DNA of 63,123 nt, the filler included, from Neolecta irregularis DAH-3 (Eukaryota), in assembly GCA_001929475.1 (NCBI GenBank). It is 8 parts of 8 records of this genome, joined end to end, with 100 filler letters (N's around TTAATTAATTAA, not from the genome) between each part and the next. Parts side by side here need not be neighbours in the genome. Positions count along the whole stretch, not along the records: positions 31,029 to 55,467 come from LXFE01000214.1; 7 more parts are not named here. The stretch is one strand, 5' to 3'. This document shows, piece by piece, positions 38,001 to 50,818 of this stretch. Within the stretch, counting starts at the first letter, position 1, and each line of letters starts with the position of its first letter. Below the pieces are notes generated by a model. The model was not told the DNA's origin. It did no database searches and was given only the letters and a program-made list of their open reading frames with translations. A program made the position numbers and the translations under genes.

Positions 38001-38891
38001 AATGGCGTTTATGGATTAAGAGATCGTGTGGTTCTTCGTTCTTTTGATGTGTAAATATGTCGGGCACGCATCAAATCCATTATGATTATAACTCGTAAGT
38101 ATGCCTCACACGTTGGGTACCTCTTCAATCTCAGAGCCATTCCCGCTGTTCCACTTTAAAAGCAAAGAGCAGGGAAGAGTGCTCGAAAGGAGAGCAAAAG
38201 CTGGAAAGCGATGAACAGAGGGGTTAGCGAAAAAGAAGAGCTAGCGAGAAATTTGAAAGGAAATAGACTAATACTGTGAAAGTATAGATTTTATTTCGTG
38301 CTGCAAGTCGCCCGTAGTTATGATTTAAGAGTTTGTATTACGAGCGGGAATGCCTTACACGCGATATCACCAGTTGATAAATTACAGGATTCTCTTTCAA
38401 TTCTTCAATGCTAATATCCTACATTTCCATCCACCTCTTGTCCATGAAGTAAATCATTATCAGTTTGGAAGACCTAGACCGTTTTCATACAGAGCTATAA
38501 TCGCTCGATTGTAAAAGATAGCACAGTCACTGATGTCGTGGGATTGTAGAATCTGTGGATATACTTGTGGATCTGTGTCGACTGTGATAACGATATGGAA
38601 TGCTTCGTTTGGTACCCTTGGATAGCCACAGGCTACAAGCCCATATTGTATGGATATGAATCATTGCTTGCTGTAGGTTCCCTCTAGGTTGATAACTAAT
38701 GTTATGTGTACTATATTTCACAGGGTGCAAGTATGGAAGAAAGTACAAGGACTCCTTGTATCTTTAATAGCCCGGAACCTTTCTTTGAGGTTCGTTCTGT
38801 ATCGAGGAGATGTATATTGGAAGAGAATGCAAAGAGCTATCCAAAATAAGTGAGAACCCGACGAAAAGAACATCCAATTAACAGAAATGCT

Positions 38892-40028
38892 TTACTTTCT
38901 TGTTAGCAGTTCTAATTGATCCTTTTTACCAAGAAGTATTCAGCAGCCGGTTTCTTCGCAGGCATTCCCCTGGAATCCTGAGGTGCAGCATCGAAAATCT
39001 TGAAATTTTCGTTCAAATTTCCATCTAATTCCAGGATCGCTGCAACATTCCCACAACTACAATCAGACGATGGAAAATGACAGTTTGTATACCGATAGCA
39101 ATAGTTCGGTGCGCTCCACACTGTGACTATTGCTCCATTAAACATTTCTTTGTATCCCTCCATTACAAGTTGATGAGCTCGAGCTATTAAAGTAATGTCG
39201 TTATGATGATTAAAGCTAGAAACCACATCCGAACCGAAGAGAAATCCAGCTCCTCGAGGTGAAAGTCCCCATCCATCAATATCTGCATGTTAGCCGAATT
39301 TTGAGAATTTTTGCACCATCTGGATCTGACCATAACAGATCGCACATGGCACCTTCATGAGGAACTTCTTGTTTCCGATAAATCATCCTAATCTTCAAAG
39401 TCAATAATAAATCCATGTGCCTTTAAAACCTGATCCAAATCTGTAATACTAGGCGATAACCCTCCATGAACGCAAAACACCTTTCCGTCTACTAACGCCC
39501 CTAAACTAAAATAATCGAAAATCTCACAGCAATATCTCCAGACGTTTGCACTCCCATATTTTCGGACACATTCGTCATAAAATCCATAGACTTGGGTTAT
39601 TTGGCGCGATTCGTGGTTTCCGCGGATTAGAGTTATACGATCTGGATATCGGACTTTGTAAGCAAGTAATAGTAAAAATGTTTCGACGCTGTAGAACCCC
39701 CGATCCACAAAGTCACCTAGAGGTTCAGTATACAACTAGAAAATGCTGTATACCCAGAAACAGATAATTTGTATCGGGACATAATCCACCTACTTTGAAA
39801 AGCTCCATCAAATCATGAAACTGGCCGTGAATATCCCCGCATATCTAAGTAACGTCAACACAAAATATAATATCCCGAGGTTGATACTGTCACAGGTGAG
39901 TCGACAAATTGAACGTTACTCTCTTCAATGAGAATTTCTCTGGCTTTGTGGCATAATTCGCGGACCTCGTGTTCCGAGACAATATTACAATCTCGCAATT
40001 GTTCGATTTGGCGATCTAAGTCGCTCAT
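38892..40028 (-). CDS. PPH3: Protein phosphatase 4 catalytic subunit
   Basis: [11 protein letters not shown]...[70 protein letters not shown] and terminal YFL. Confidence 0.95.
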
Positions 40029-40197
40029 TCGCGATGACTTGCCGAAAAATTCGAGTGTTCTCCTTCTTTTGCTTGCGAGTATTTCTGGATACTTAAGAAA
40101 GATTTTGGTGGTGAATGTATTACCACGAGTCTACAGAAAGCGGAGTTTTGAATTTCATATCAATTTACAGTTGGACGGACCATTATTGGGACGTTTT

Positions 40198-41044
40198 ATG
40201 CAATCTTCCAGCATGGTAAATAAATGATTTACGGCAAGATTAAAATCAAGTCATCGTCATCGTCATCGAACAAGAAACCTGCCTATTCTATTTCGGAATG
40301 GGAAGCTAAATTGGACCAGATCTGCGTGTCAAAACAGTGTGTCGTCGTTATGTCATTATCCTGTTTGACCTTTTAGAGACTTGAACACAATGATAATGAA
40401 CTATCTCGTTGTCGAGGGATACCAGGAAGCGGCATCGAAATTTGTACAGGAAGCTAATATCGAACTTCCCGTAGACCACTCACATATATACGAACGAGCA
40501 CAAATCCGCAATTCAATATACCAGGGAAAGATTCAAGAAGCAATCGAACGGATAAACGAACTTGAGCCACAGGTATGGGTATCCAAGAATGAAAAAAAAT
40601 TGTTCACTCGAAAAGCTACTGGATACAAATTCGGCCTTACATTTCACACTTCTTCGATTACATCTAATTGAATTAATTCGACAATCCGCGACTTCCTCTT
40701 CGAAAGATATTTTCACGGCGCTCACATTTGCTACCAGTCAACTCGCCCCGCGTGCTTCTGAAAATCCAAAATTTGTTGCCGATTTAGAACGAACGATGGC
40801 ATTGATTTGTTTTCCTTTGAATAATCTTCCATCTCAACTCAAGGATCTGATAGACCTCGATTTTCGAAAGGAGGTAGCTACGCAGGTCAATCAAGCGTTA
40901 TTGGAGACTCAAGAGTGTATCAAGGAGGCTAAAATTAGGACTTTGGTGAAGCTCTGGAGCTGGGGTGAAAATAAGTTGAAGCAAAACAAGATTGGATTCC
41001 CTGGACTGAACATTCTAACGGGCGACTTTGTCAAGTCTGAATAA
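40198..41044 (+). CDS. GID8: GID/CTLH complex subunit Gid8/TWA1 (LisH-CTLH-CRA)
   Basis: EWEAKL, LisH DLNTMIMNYLVVEGYQEAASKF, CTLH IQEAIERINELEPQLLDTN...LHLIELIR and DLERTMAL. The start could alternatively be 40224. Confidence 0.9.
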
Positions 41045-41188
41045 TTGCTTTCTGCTTTGGCACTGGTATCGATTGGCATTGTAGAGAAACATAAAGTTTG
41101 ACGAGATAGATGAAATCCTTGATAATTTCTCTTCTTCTCGATTATGACGAAGTCCATATTTCCAGAATGCAAGGAACTATATTTTTAA

Positions 41189-42605
41189 CTACTTTATATC
41201 GGCACCAACAAGGCTCTGTGCATGACATCTCTCACCATTAACTAGAAGCAATTTCATTTTCCCTTCGCTATCTTTCCACGCTACAGCCCTAGAGTCGGTC
41301 GATGTGAAATCAGGTTGAATTGTCTCCCAAATCTTCTTTTTAGGGTTGAGCACAGGTTCTGGGATTTCATCTTCAAAACCTTCAAACACCGCTCGGTCGC
41401 CTAGCTTTGAAGATGCAGGAGGATCGATGACTTCGACTTTTCCATCAGAATTGGAGGCGCAGAGTACCATTGCATAGGATTTTACTCCTCTCATTGCTGC
41501 GGGTTTCAGGTTACATACTAAAACGACCTAAGTGATTAGCGATGTATACAAATAGATTTACTTTTCGGCCTTGCATTTGTTCGATTGGAATATGTTTGAC
41601 AAGCCCAGAGACTACGGTCCGTAGTTCTGCTTCGCCTACGTCGATTGTTTCGACATATAACGAATCGGCATCGGGATGTTTTTCGACCTTGACGATATGA
41701 CCAACTCGGAGATCAATCATTCCAGGGGTAATTATTAATTCTCAAATGTTAATGAATATCTGAACGTGCGTACCTTGAGTCTTTGCTGGCTCTTTCGATT
41801 TCTTTTCTTTCTGCTTCTTTTCTTTCTTCGCACCACCACTTTTTCCCACATCAGCTTGTTGTTCTGTAGCTTCCATCTTGGAAGGTTGAAGCTCTTGGTT
41901 GTTTACAGTAGAGCGAACTTTGGTTTTTTGCAAATCTTGTTTCTTTTTGCCCTTGCGTTGATTCATCTTTTACAAGAATAGAGAAATACCTTTGCCGCAT
42001 TCAGATCAATTTGTATTTTTTCCAGTTGTTTAGCAAGGTCATTCTCGCATATTTCAGCCTGATGCTGAATGAAATCGAACCATCGAACAATGTGATTGTT
42101 GTTCAATCGATCTTCTCCTCTCCACGATTTCTATCGTCAACATGACCTTGATGAGATAGAATACGACGATAGGAATCATTCTCACATATACAGTAACATC
42201 CGTCAAAGACATTTTATTTCCAATCATCCATGTCCGGGTTTCCAAATGAGACTGCAACAACTAGTTCTTAGCACCTCGCCCAAGGTAACTCTACTTTCAA
42301 ACCCTCTGGATCGGACTCAAATCGATTTGAAAGGGTTAGCCATTGTTGTACTTCGGCTTTTTCCAGATCTGTGTCTCCGCAGTCTGAGGAGGCGATATAA
42401 GTGCAGATTGTGTTTTGACCAGTTAAGGTTGAGTTGTCGGCAAAAGTTAAATTGGATATCTTAAAGTCAGCAGGATATGAGAATATGTGTCTACCCGAGT
42501 CTCTGGAGATGAGATTATTTCAATAGATGGATTGGGAAAAATCTTTGCGACCAAAGAGGTTGTAATGTCGTTTCCTGCAATATTAAGTTTGGTAAGTTTG
42601 GTCAT
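41189..42605 (-). CDS. ARC1: tRNA-aminoacylation cofactor Arc1 (GST-like N-terminus, OB-fold tRNA-binding domain)
   Basis: [58 protein letters not shown] and [13 protein letters not shown]. Confidence 0.92.
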
Positions 42606-43262
42606 GGTGTTGAATCGCTTGATCACAAGATTCCGACCATGGGAATAATAATAGGTGAAAAGATTATATTAGTTCAGCACTGCTTTTTATCATAATAGAA
42701 AGCATTAGACGATCTAATTATTTCAGTGATTCTTTTAGCGATATAATCAGGTCCTGAATGGCAGCTTTGAGTACGATTGCTCTACGATGAGTTGGTTTCA
42801 TGAAATCTTTTAAAAAGAATTTTTTCTATTTTCATAGTAGTTCAAATCAAATGATAGCTCGGTTGGGAAGTAATTTCCCTTTATTCAAACCAAAGGTTTC
42901 TGGTTCTATTCATTGCACAAGTTAGAAGAAGATGAGTAATTAGTTTCTGTGGCGTGTCTCTTGGCTAATGAAACCTACAAGAATTTGAAAAACAAGAAAT
43001 AAATTAGAAGACAAGAATATATAACAAGAGCAATTCTCGGTCAGATCACGTCCCTGGAACCGGCTAGATAGCGTTAATGACACTTTGGACAAACTCTGTG
43101 TCCTCGACAAACGGAAACTGCTCAAGTGCGTCAATGTTTCTCAAAGCGGTAATATATATGAAACATCCCAGTTCTTGCAGTATATGAACGGCCTGGATCC
43201 ATGAGAAACAGACTTTATAGCAATACTAGTCTTCTCATACGCTAGCCAAGTTATCCTCCATT

Positions 43263-44628
43263 ATGCTGCCAAAGCTCTTATTTTGGATGCCGCTTTATGC
43301 GCATTTTTCCGCTGCTTCGTCTCTCGATAAATTTACAGATGTATCAAATTCTTTGCCTTCTAAGCCCAACGTTCGCATCATTGGTAAACTGAGCTCAGTT
43401 ACTCAGTTCAAAATGAGGTTGAATGACAACGAAGTACTAGAGGAGTGTGCACAGCAATGCCTCGATGCGGAGTATGTCTGCCGTTCGATTGTGATTATCA
43501 AGGTATCCGATTTTCAACTATGTGTAAAAGCCAGCACCCTTTCATCGGAATTGACAATTGAACCATCAGAACATAGTCATAACGAAGTGACCGCAAATTA
43601 TGAGTACGCTTTTATGACTGAATGGAAAATTCTGATATTTTAGTATCACTAAGCAACCAAGATTCGACTTCAGAACAGAATTTTCTCAGAATATTCGAAA
43701 GATATCAGGGGAAAAGTGGGCCAGTCAAATTTTGCGAGGATATGAGGTACCATCACCACCCGATCAACGTCAAGGACTATCTTTCTACTTGCCATTTTTA
43801 CTTCGTTGCAAGGAGATTATGATGCATGGCCAACCACCAGAAGGAGTCGATTTTATGAAATTAGGTGATGAGGGAGTTTCTCTGGAGAAAGATATTTCTC
43901 GTGGCTCGGAAGCACGAATAGCCCAATACCGCAAAATATCTCGGGAAGCAGTCCCAAAACATACGACATTTATCTTAGAATCTGACAGGGGCCTGGACTC
44001 TGGCAGGTACCTCGAGCCATTGAAAGATCCTTTTAATGGAGGTTCTTCGGAGATCCTTGACACCTTCATGTTGGATTTTCTTGATATATTCAGCAGAAAT
44101 ATTCGTCAAGGCATTACAACTATTTTCGATCCAAAGAGGAAATTGTTATATATTGAAGGAGAGGACCTGCACATGCTCGTTGCTTTATTTAGCTCTGGCG
44201 AGTATATTATAATACGGGACCATTCTAAACTAGCCGATACACATCACCCGTTGGCTAGCTCGACGGAGAAACGCTATCAGAAAACATTATCTGCCTTGGA
44301 AATGTTTGAAAGAGCTAGGAGGCATTTCGGCGGTACAGTTAATTTCTCGCGGCTTCAAGTTCTATATACCGCCTTTGAGGATGCGAAACAGGCAGCGATA
44401 AACCTTGTGATTGATGTGGCAAGCTTTGTCATGTCTCCTACTATAACCAGCGGCCGTAGCGATTCACAACTGTCGACTTCTATGCAATTAATTGGTGATC
44501 TCGCGGAGTTTGTCCTCTGGAAAGTATATGGCCGGCAATTTCAATCCCAACTTTCTGCTAGCCGCCATCGAAACGATTTCATCAAATCAAGTATAATTAC
44601 AGTCTTTACAATCCCTAAGAAAATTTGA
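43263..44628 (+). CDS. Secreted protein with PAN/apple-like Cys motif and unknown C-terminal domain (paralog A)
   Basis: Signal-peptide-like N-terminus and EECAQQCLDAEYVCRSI...C motif. One intron (43604-43643) joins to the 43732-44628 frame. Homologous to 46678-48055. Confidence 0.75.
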
Positions 44629-44866
44629 GAATATGTAATGGCAGCTAGATGAAGTTTGCGCTTTGTATACCCATTGAGAGTGTTCTATCAGTGGGGTATT
44701 CGGAACACTGCTCGCCCATTATCACCTGCCCACCTCCCCCGTTACTGCTCACCTCCTCGCCCTTTACCACTCCGCCCTCTCACCTGCTATCGCCTGCCGT
44801 CCTCGCCTGCCCTCCGTGCCTGCTATCACCCCGCCCAACTCGCCCGTTACTGCTCCCCTTCCTCGT

Positions 44867-45178
44867 TGTGAGCGTTGGGTGTCCTGCAGCTCAGGAGGCT
44901 TCCCTGAGAATACAAGATCGCGATTCGGGAAAGAAAGGCAACTTCATATATTATTGCTCCGGTTTGGCCTGTCTTGCTAATCAAGCCAGGGCCTACTTAT
45001 AGAAGAACTGGCACATGCGCTGTTGTCTCCCTGCCTACCTCTCGGGTGGCAAGGCTTGTGATCGTCCTGACTTGGCTCGGTGGTACTGTCTGCCGATCGG
45101 CGGCGCCTTCTGTGGCTCCTGAACCGTTGGGTGTCATGGTAGCTTGCGATGTAGGGCGCCGGTACTGTCGTCCCTACA
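44867..45178 (-). mobile_element. 3' LTR of a chromovirus-type Ty3/gypsy element
   Basis: On the minus strand a polypurine tract (agggaggg) directly precedes TGTAGG, and the LTR ends ...gctcaCA. Related to the solo LTR at 15990. Confidence 0.8.
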
Positions 45179-45720
45179 CCCTCCCTGTCTCAAAATTCTC
45201 ATGTTCGCTGGCTCCCCCTGCGTTACCTGCTCCTGTAACTCATAGAATCGTTGAATGGCTTCCTGAGCATTTGTCATATGCTCTGCTGGCTCCCAAGATG
45301 TTTCGTCCCCAGGGAAACCTCTCCACTTAACCAGATAATAATCTTGTTCTTCCCTCTGTTCGTGATCACGAATTTCTTCCACTTCTTGTTCTGGGAATCC
45401 ATCCTTGAAATGTATTGGGGGCAGGTAATATGGTGTGCAGTTTGGAGAGAGTTGATAATTATTTCCAGGGTATTTCTTGAGTAACAATATTTGGAACTGG
45501 TTGAAATTCCTCATGCCTTCTGGCAGCTTGAGCTTGTAGTTCTTGCTGCTGCCAATTTGGGTGATTGGGAATGGCCCAATCTGTCTAGGCATAAATTTCT
45601 TTGTTCCATCTTTTGGTATGAGATTCTTTGTTGATAGGAGCACCAAGTCTCCCAACTTGAATTTTTGGCTCTCTCATCTTCATTTGTTAGCTTGTAATGA
45701 ATGGTTAATTTTACCCCTAA
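45179..45720 (-). mobile_element. Integrase C-terminus (GPF/Y motif) and chromodomain of a Ty3/gypsy chromovirus remnant
   Basis: GDLVLLSTKNL, KFMPRQIGPFPI, YKLKLP, then the chromodomain EVEEIRDH...YLVKWRGFPGDETSWEPAEHM. Confidence 0.9.
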
Positions 45721-45858
45721 AGGCTGCATCTTCTGTGCGATTCTAATCGATTAGGAACACTGATAAGCTGGTAGCAAGGTAACTTGTGCCCTCCAATTAC
45801 CTGTAGCAAGAGTAGATGCTGCACTGTTCTGGTGGGGTTTAACGTTGGATAGTCTTTG

Positions 45859-46451
45859 TGTGAGCGTTCAGGTGTTCCTTTTGTCGCTCGTGGACTTGGG
45901 TTGGTTTGTTGATAGTGCGGCAGCTACTTTGAATGAAGGTAACTACGTTTATAATCAACTTACACGATTAAAGTCTCTCTGCTAGCCAGACGTGGACCTA
46001 CTTATATAGCAATTCCTTGAGGCGCGCTTCGCTGCTGCCTATTCGCTCTTTCCTCTACGGAGCCTCTAACATCTCCCCATTGAGCTCACTAGCTCTTCTT
46101 GCGGAGTATTCGATCGATCGCGCCGTGAGGATATTGCTGCTCTGTTTGTCAATGACGAGATTGACTTCCTCTTTGAGCAGCCGCGCTCCTCTTGCGGACA
46201 TTGCGCTCGATCGCGGGCCAACTATTGCCACTCCCTTTGATAAGGAAGCGGCTAATTTCCCTATTGAGCTTCCTAGCTCTACTTGCGGATGGAGAGGTCG
46301 GTCGCGCTTTGAGGTTTGTTGCCGTGGCGGCGGCTATCCGGTGGCTGTGGCGGTTCCGGGAATCCCCTCACTGAGCTTTCTGTTTCCGTCCATAACCTCA
46401 AATTCGGTATTGCCGCACCAGCGCCACCTGCTGTCTTTGTTCTGTCCCACA
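45859..46451 (-). mobile_element. Second, longer LTR-like segment with related termini
   Basis: Plus strand begins tgtgagcgttcaggtgt (compare tgtgagcgttgggtgt) and ends tcccaca (compare gcccaca, ccctaca). The interior is dissimilar. Confidence 0.5.
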
Positions 46452-46677
46452 TCTCTATGATTGAAAAGAGACAATGAAATGAAACACCACCGATCTTGTG
46501 ACATACTCACCTGACTTGACGTTAATAAAGGCAAGTTCCAAGCAACCATCCTATCACAATAGTTAGCGGTCCTGAAGCATCGCCTGCAAGCAGATCCAAC
46601 CTAAATTCAAAACGCTTATACGACAGCCAGTGTTGTATTACACGTTCCTCTAGTCAGTCATTCTACCCTCTATTATA

Positions 46678-48055
46678 ATGCCAAAACCCTTCTGGCTGAT
46701 CTTACTCTATTTGAATGTTACTTGCACTGCACTTTATCTCGAGAATTTCGCAGATTCATCGAATGATTGGCTCAAAGTCAATGTTGTTGCTCAGGGTGAC
46801 ATAAGCTCATATAGACGTCTGTATGGGCTCAACAACGAAGAAGCAGTAGAGAAGTGTGCGGGCGAATGCTTCTTAGCGCAGTATGTCTGCAATTCATTCG
46901 CCGTAATCCAGGAGTACAACTATAGAACATGTGTGAAAGTTAGCACCTCTTTATCAGGATTGAGGCTTATACCCTCAACGATGAGTAATGTGGTGGTAGG
47001 GGTATATAAGTAAACACCTTTGAGCTATTGGCAAGCTCTGATATTCTAGTATCCACAAACTACGAAAATTTAATGTTGGAACAGAATTTTCCAGTGATAT
47101 TGGGAAGAAATCAGGGAGACAGTGGGTAGATGGTATTTTACAAGGATATGGGTTACCTTCATCAGACGCACTTGGTCGAAGCAACTCTTTTTTCGTGCCT
47201 TTTTTGCTCGGCTGCAGGAGCTCTGTAATGTATGGTCAACCCCCGAAAGGAGTTGCCAAGATGGCTACTTTAGAGAATGACATTCTCTCTGTCCATGGTC
47301 CGGAAGGGCAAATACGCAAACATCGCAAAATATCTCAGGAATCAACCTTAGAAAGGACGACTCTTTCTACCGGAGGAATTATTACAAGCCTCGATTCATG
47401 GACAGATCCCTCAAAAATAAACCCCTCTTCAGACCCCTCTTCAGAGCATTTTGATACTATTGTGTTGGAGTTTCTCGATATATTCAGTCGGAATATTCGT
47501 CAAGGCATTACCACCACTTACGATCCAGCGAAGAAGTGTCTATTCGTTGAAGGAATGGACCTGCACCTACTCATTGTTTCACTCGGCTCCGGAGAATATA
47601 TTATAGTACGGGACGGTCCTGCTAAAAATGGGATCGAACATGTGCCATACATATATTCCATATATGATCCGAAAATTTCCACTTTGGGCCAACACTTTCC
47701 CGAGGAGTTATCTATCTTCAAAGGAGCTCTACGTAGTTCCGGCCACACAACTGACTATTTGAACCCTCGGGTTTTCCATATAGAGATTCAGGATGTGAAA
47801 ATGTCAGCGATAGACCTCGTTTTCAAGGTTGCAATGATCGTCATGACGCCTACCGACTACACCATTCCAAATTTTCTACCAGCTTCTAGACCATTAATCC
47901 GCGATCTCGTGGCATTCGTGCTTCTTGCCGTGTATGGGGAGAACCGTCAATCCAATCCATTTCAAACTCGATTATCCATAGCCAGATCTCAAAGACAGTT
48001 CAAAACGGATATGGTTACAATCATTACAACCCCAAGTATTGTTGAGGATGTATAA
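46678..48055 (+). CDS. Secreted protein with PAN/apple-like Cys motif and unknown C-terminal domain (paralog B)
   Basis: Signal peptide and EKCAGECFLAQYVCNSF...C motif. The intron is at the same position as in paralog A. Shares FLDIFSRNIRQGITT, GQPP and SGEYII. Confidence 0.75.
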
Positions 48056-48851
48056 TAGAGAAAGATGAGCTATGTTTTGGTAGAAAGGGTAAACTGGGTG
48101 AGTTCTCCTTTACGAAGTTTTTTGACAAGTTAGACACTCCCCCCTTTCTTATAATTTCCAAATTCTGAGAACCCTCTTTGCTCATTGTTTTATAATAGCT
48201 ATTGTTCCCTTTTAGAAAACAATCTTATTCTCACTTGTGTAAGCATTCATTTTTCTGACCAGCACTGTCGAAATTCGCTGTTTATTTATTCGTGTCTTTC
48301 TCCATTTTCAATGATATTCACGGAATCAAAACCATCTGCCTTCACGATTGCAACAGAAACTTGGGTCAAATGAGATCTTGCTTCCAGAGAATGAAAATGA
48401 AAGAAATGCATGCTTGCAAGACAGCTAGACTCAGAAAAGAAGATTATTTCCCATGATCTTTCAATACAGCCACCAAAAATGTATCTCGTGCTGAAAGTGT
48501 GCTTCCTGTTACAACATTTTGATGACGGTTAGCTTACTGGTAGCTAGCGTCGTCTCAATCCAAACATTATAGAAGCAATGTCATTTCATTCAATACCCTT
48601 ACATTATTTTTCGGCAAGGAAAAATACTTTATTACTTGAGATGCCAGAACAGGCTACCATGACTTTTCTCAATATTTCACTAATTACTCAATTGTAAGAC
48701 GGCACGTACTGTCGAAATTGTTCAGGTAAACTTTCTGTTTACATAGAGCAATTACAATGGCTAATCATATGCAAAAGTTTGCAAAATTTCTATGCAAGTC
48801 TGAATAGAACACCCAAATGCATTTAAACTGGGAAGAAAAACATCTTTATAT

Positions 48852-49654
48852 TCAAGGCATACAAGCTATTTCCTCCCAGTCCTTGCCCTCAGTAATAAAC
48901 CATTTCCGTCTTCTTCCAGGAGCAGGCTGTGAATGGAGCTCATCAACTTTTTCAATCTCCATTACAACCAAGTGGAATCGATTCAACCCTTCCTCCTCCA
49001 ATAACTTTTCAGATGGTGCTTTAGCTTCACTGTCCTTCAATTCAATTAGGTCCGGTGTTCGACCGTTTGCTTTTTCACCAGGGATCCAAGGGACCGCCAT
49101 AGAGCCACGAATCCACGCAGGTAATTTATTCCATTGACGAAGTCGTTCTTCTTTCCATGACCACTTTTTCCCATCCTCGACATGAAAATGAGCCAGCAAA
49201 TCTTCCGTATCTTCTTTGATCAAATGTGCCTTTCCATAAAACCGGTACTGCACAGCTGATTTGGAAAACCAGAAAACTGCTGTGAAATTTGGATTTTGTT
49301 TGATCTCTTCATATTTCGGCATTTTAGAATCAGTTGTGAAGACCAGAAGATCTGATTTGGCGGGAGGGTTCGAGGAATGATCACCTTTTGAGCGTATTTC
49401 TCCTGCAAACCCCCTAAAGACGCAGATTCGTGATTCCGGGTACTTTTTTCCAAAAGTAGAGAAGGTGAAATTCACTAGGGTTGTGTATCAGTGCCAGTTT
49501 ATATTTCTGACTGTTTACAAGCATCCTCGTTCTTGCTCTTTAGATCATGCTCTAGATTTTGGGAGAATCTGGGCTTCCAGGAAGGAAAGTTGGTCATATT
49601 TGGCGAATATCGGATGAGAGAAGACAATCGAGTGTAAGAGTGCGATCTCAACAT
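48852..49654 (-). CDS. Pyridoxamine 5'-phosphate oxidase-like FMN-binding protein
   Basis: PSWKPRF, PESRICVFRGF, LVFTTDSKMPK, AVFWF..SAVQYRFYGKA, WKEERLRQW and EKVDEL. Confidence 0.85.
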
Positions 49655-49729
49655 TTTGATAACACTATTGTTGGAATATACATAATCTACACTATGCTTG
49701 TTTTCTTTCACTGTTGATCCAAGTTGCTG

Positions 49730-50649
49730 TTATAATACCGTAGATGCAACGTTGAAGTTTTCGCTGTAAAATTAACAATATCGTTATAAAGTCTTATACC
49801 CAGTAATACTCTCATTCGCTGCCAGCATCGTATAAAGAGCTGCGACATCATCCAGATCAGTCATCTTTTGCAAAGCATTGCTTGCAACATGTTTTTTTAA
49901 TTTTTCTTCGCCAAATCGTGCAGACCAATCGGTGAGAATCATACTCGGCGAAACACTGTTTACTCGAATCTTGGGCGCCGAAGCTCTTGCTAAACAGCGA
50001 ACTAGATGGTTCGCAGAGGCTTTAGTAACTGAATAAGCCTGTTTTGGTTAATTTATACTTGGAATCAAAAATACCATTGATGATCCACTTGGCTTGACAC
50101 CAGCTACAGAAGAAGTAACTATGAATGATCCGCCATGTTCATTCACTTCCAAATATGGTTTTGCTGCTTGAAGTAACCAGAGATGCGCTTTTACATTGTA
50201 AATCCAAGTCTTGTCCCAGTCTTCATCTGCAAGTGCGTCTGCAAGTTAATTCGTTTGTTGTGCAATGAAGGCGTACAGATATCGTTAAACTGTGCTGGTT
50301 TTGTCCAACCTACATTCGAAACTAGAATGTCTAGGCCGCCGAGCTTTGCAACAGCAGTCTAATATCAGCAAGCGGGTTGAAATTGAGGAAATAACCTTTA
50401 CCAACGCTTCACAACCACCCTTTGTTCCAACATCTCCTTGGACTGCATAATTCCCTTCTCCCAGTGACTTTGCCAGCTCTTCCGCTCTGGGTGTATTCGA
50501 AGAATAATTTATAACACACTTGATCCCCTTTTCCACGAATTGCCGTGCAATTGTTGCACCTAGACCGGCGGATCCGCCTATAGATCAAAATTTAGTGCGG
50601 CGAACCAACTACCGGTAATTAAAGCTCGCTTTGCTGTTAGTGGCTGCAT
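49730..50649 (-). CDS. Short-chain dehydrogenase/reductase, multi-exon
   Basis: ALITGGSAGLG Rossmann motif, VINYSSN, GGSFIVTSSVAG, catalytic YSVTK and RVNSVSP. Confidence 0.92.
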
Positions 50650-50818
50650 TTCTTGTGAATCTTTTGTCCTCAAAATGATATCGCGTTTAGCAATCAACTT
50701 AATGGCGCTTATGAGTATGATCCGGAAAGCTCACATGATACTTGAACTGTTTAAGACCAACCCCACTCTCTGTTGGTCGACCCAAACGTTTTATAATTCT
50801 ATTCTTATTCGGTAAAAT

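Noticed and set aside
38215-38230. Minus-strand ctaaccc as a telomerase template
   Set aside because: Only 7 nt match, there is no alignment region, and no convincing pseudoknot lies downstream.
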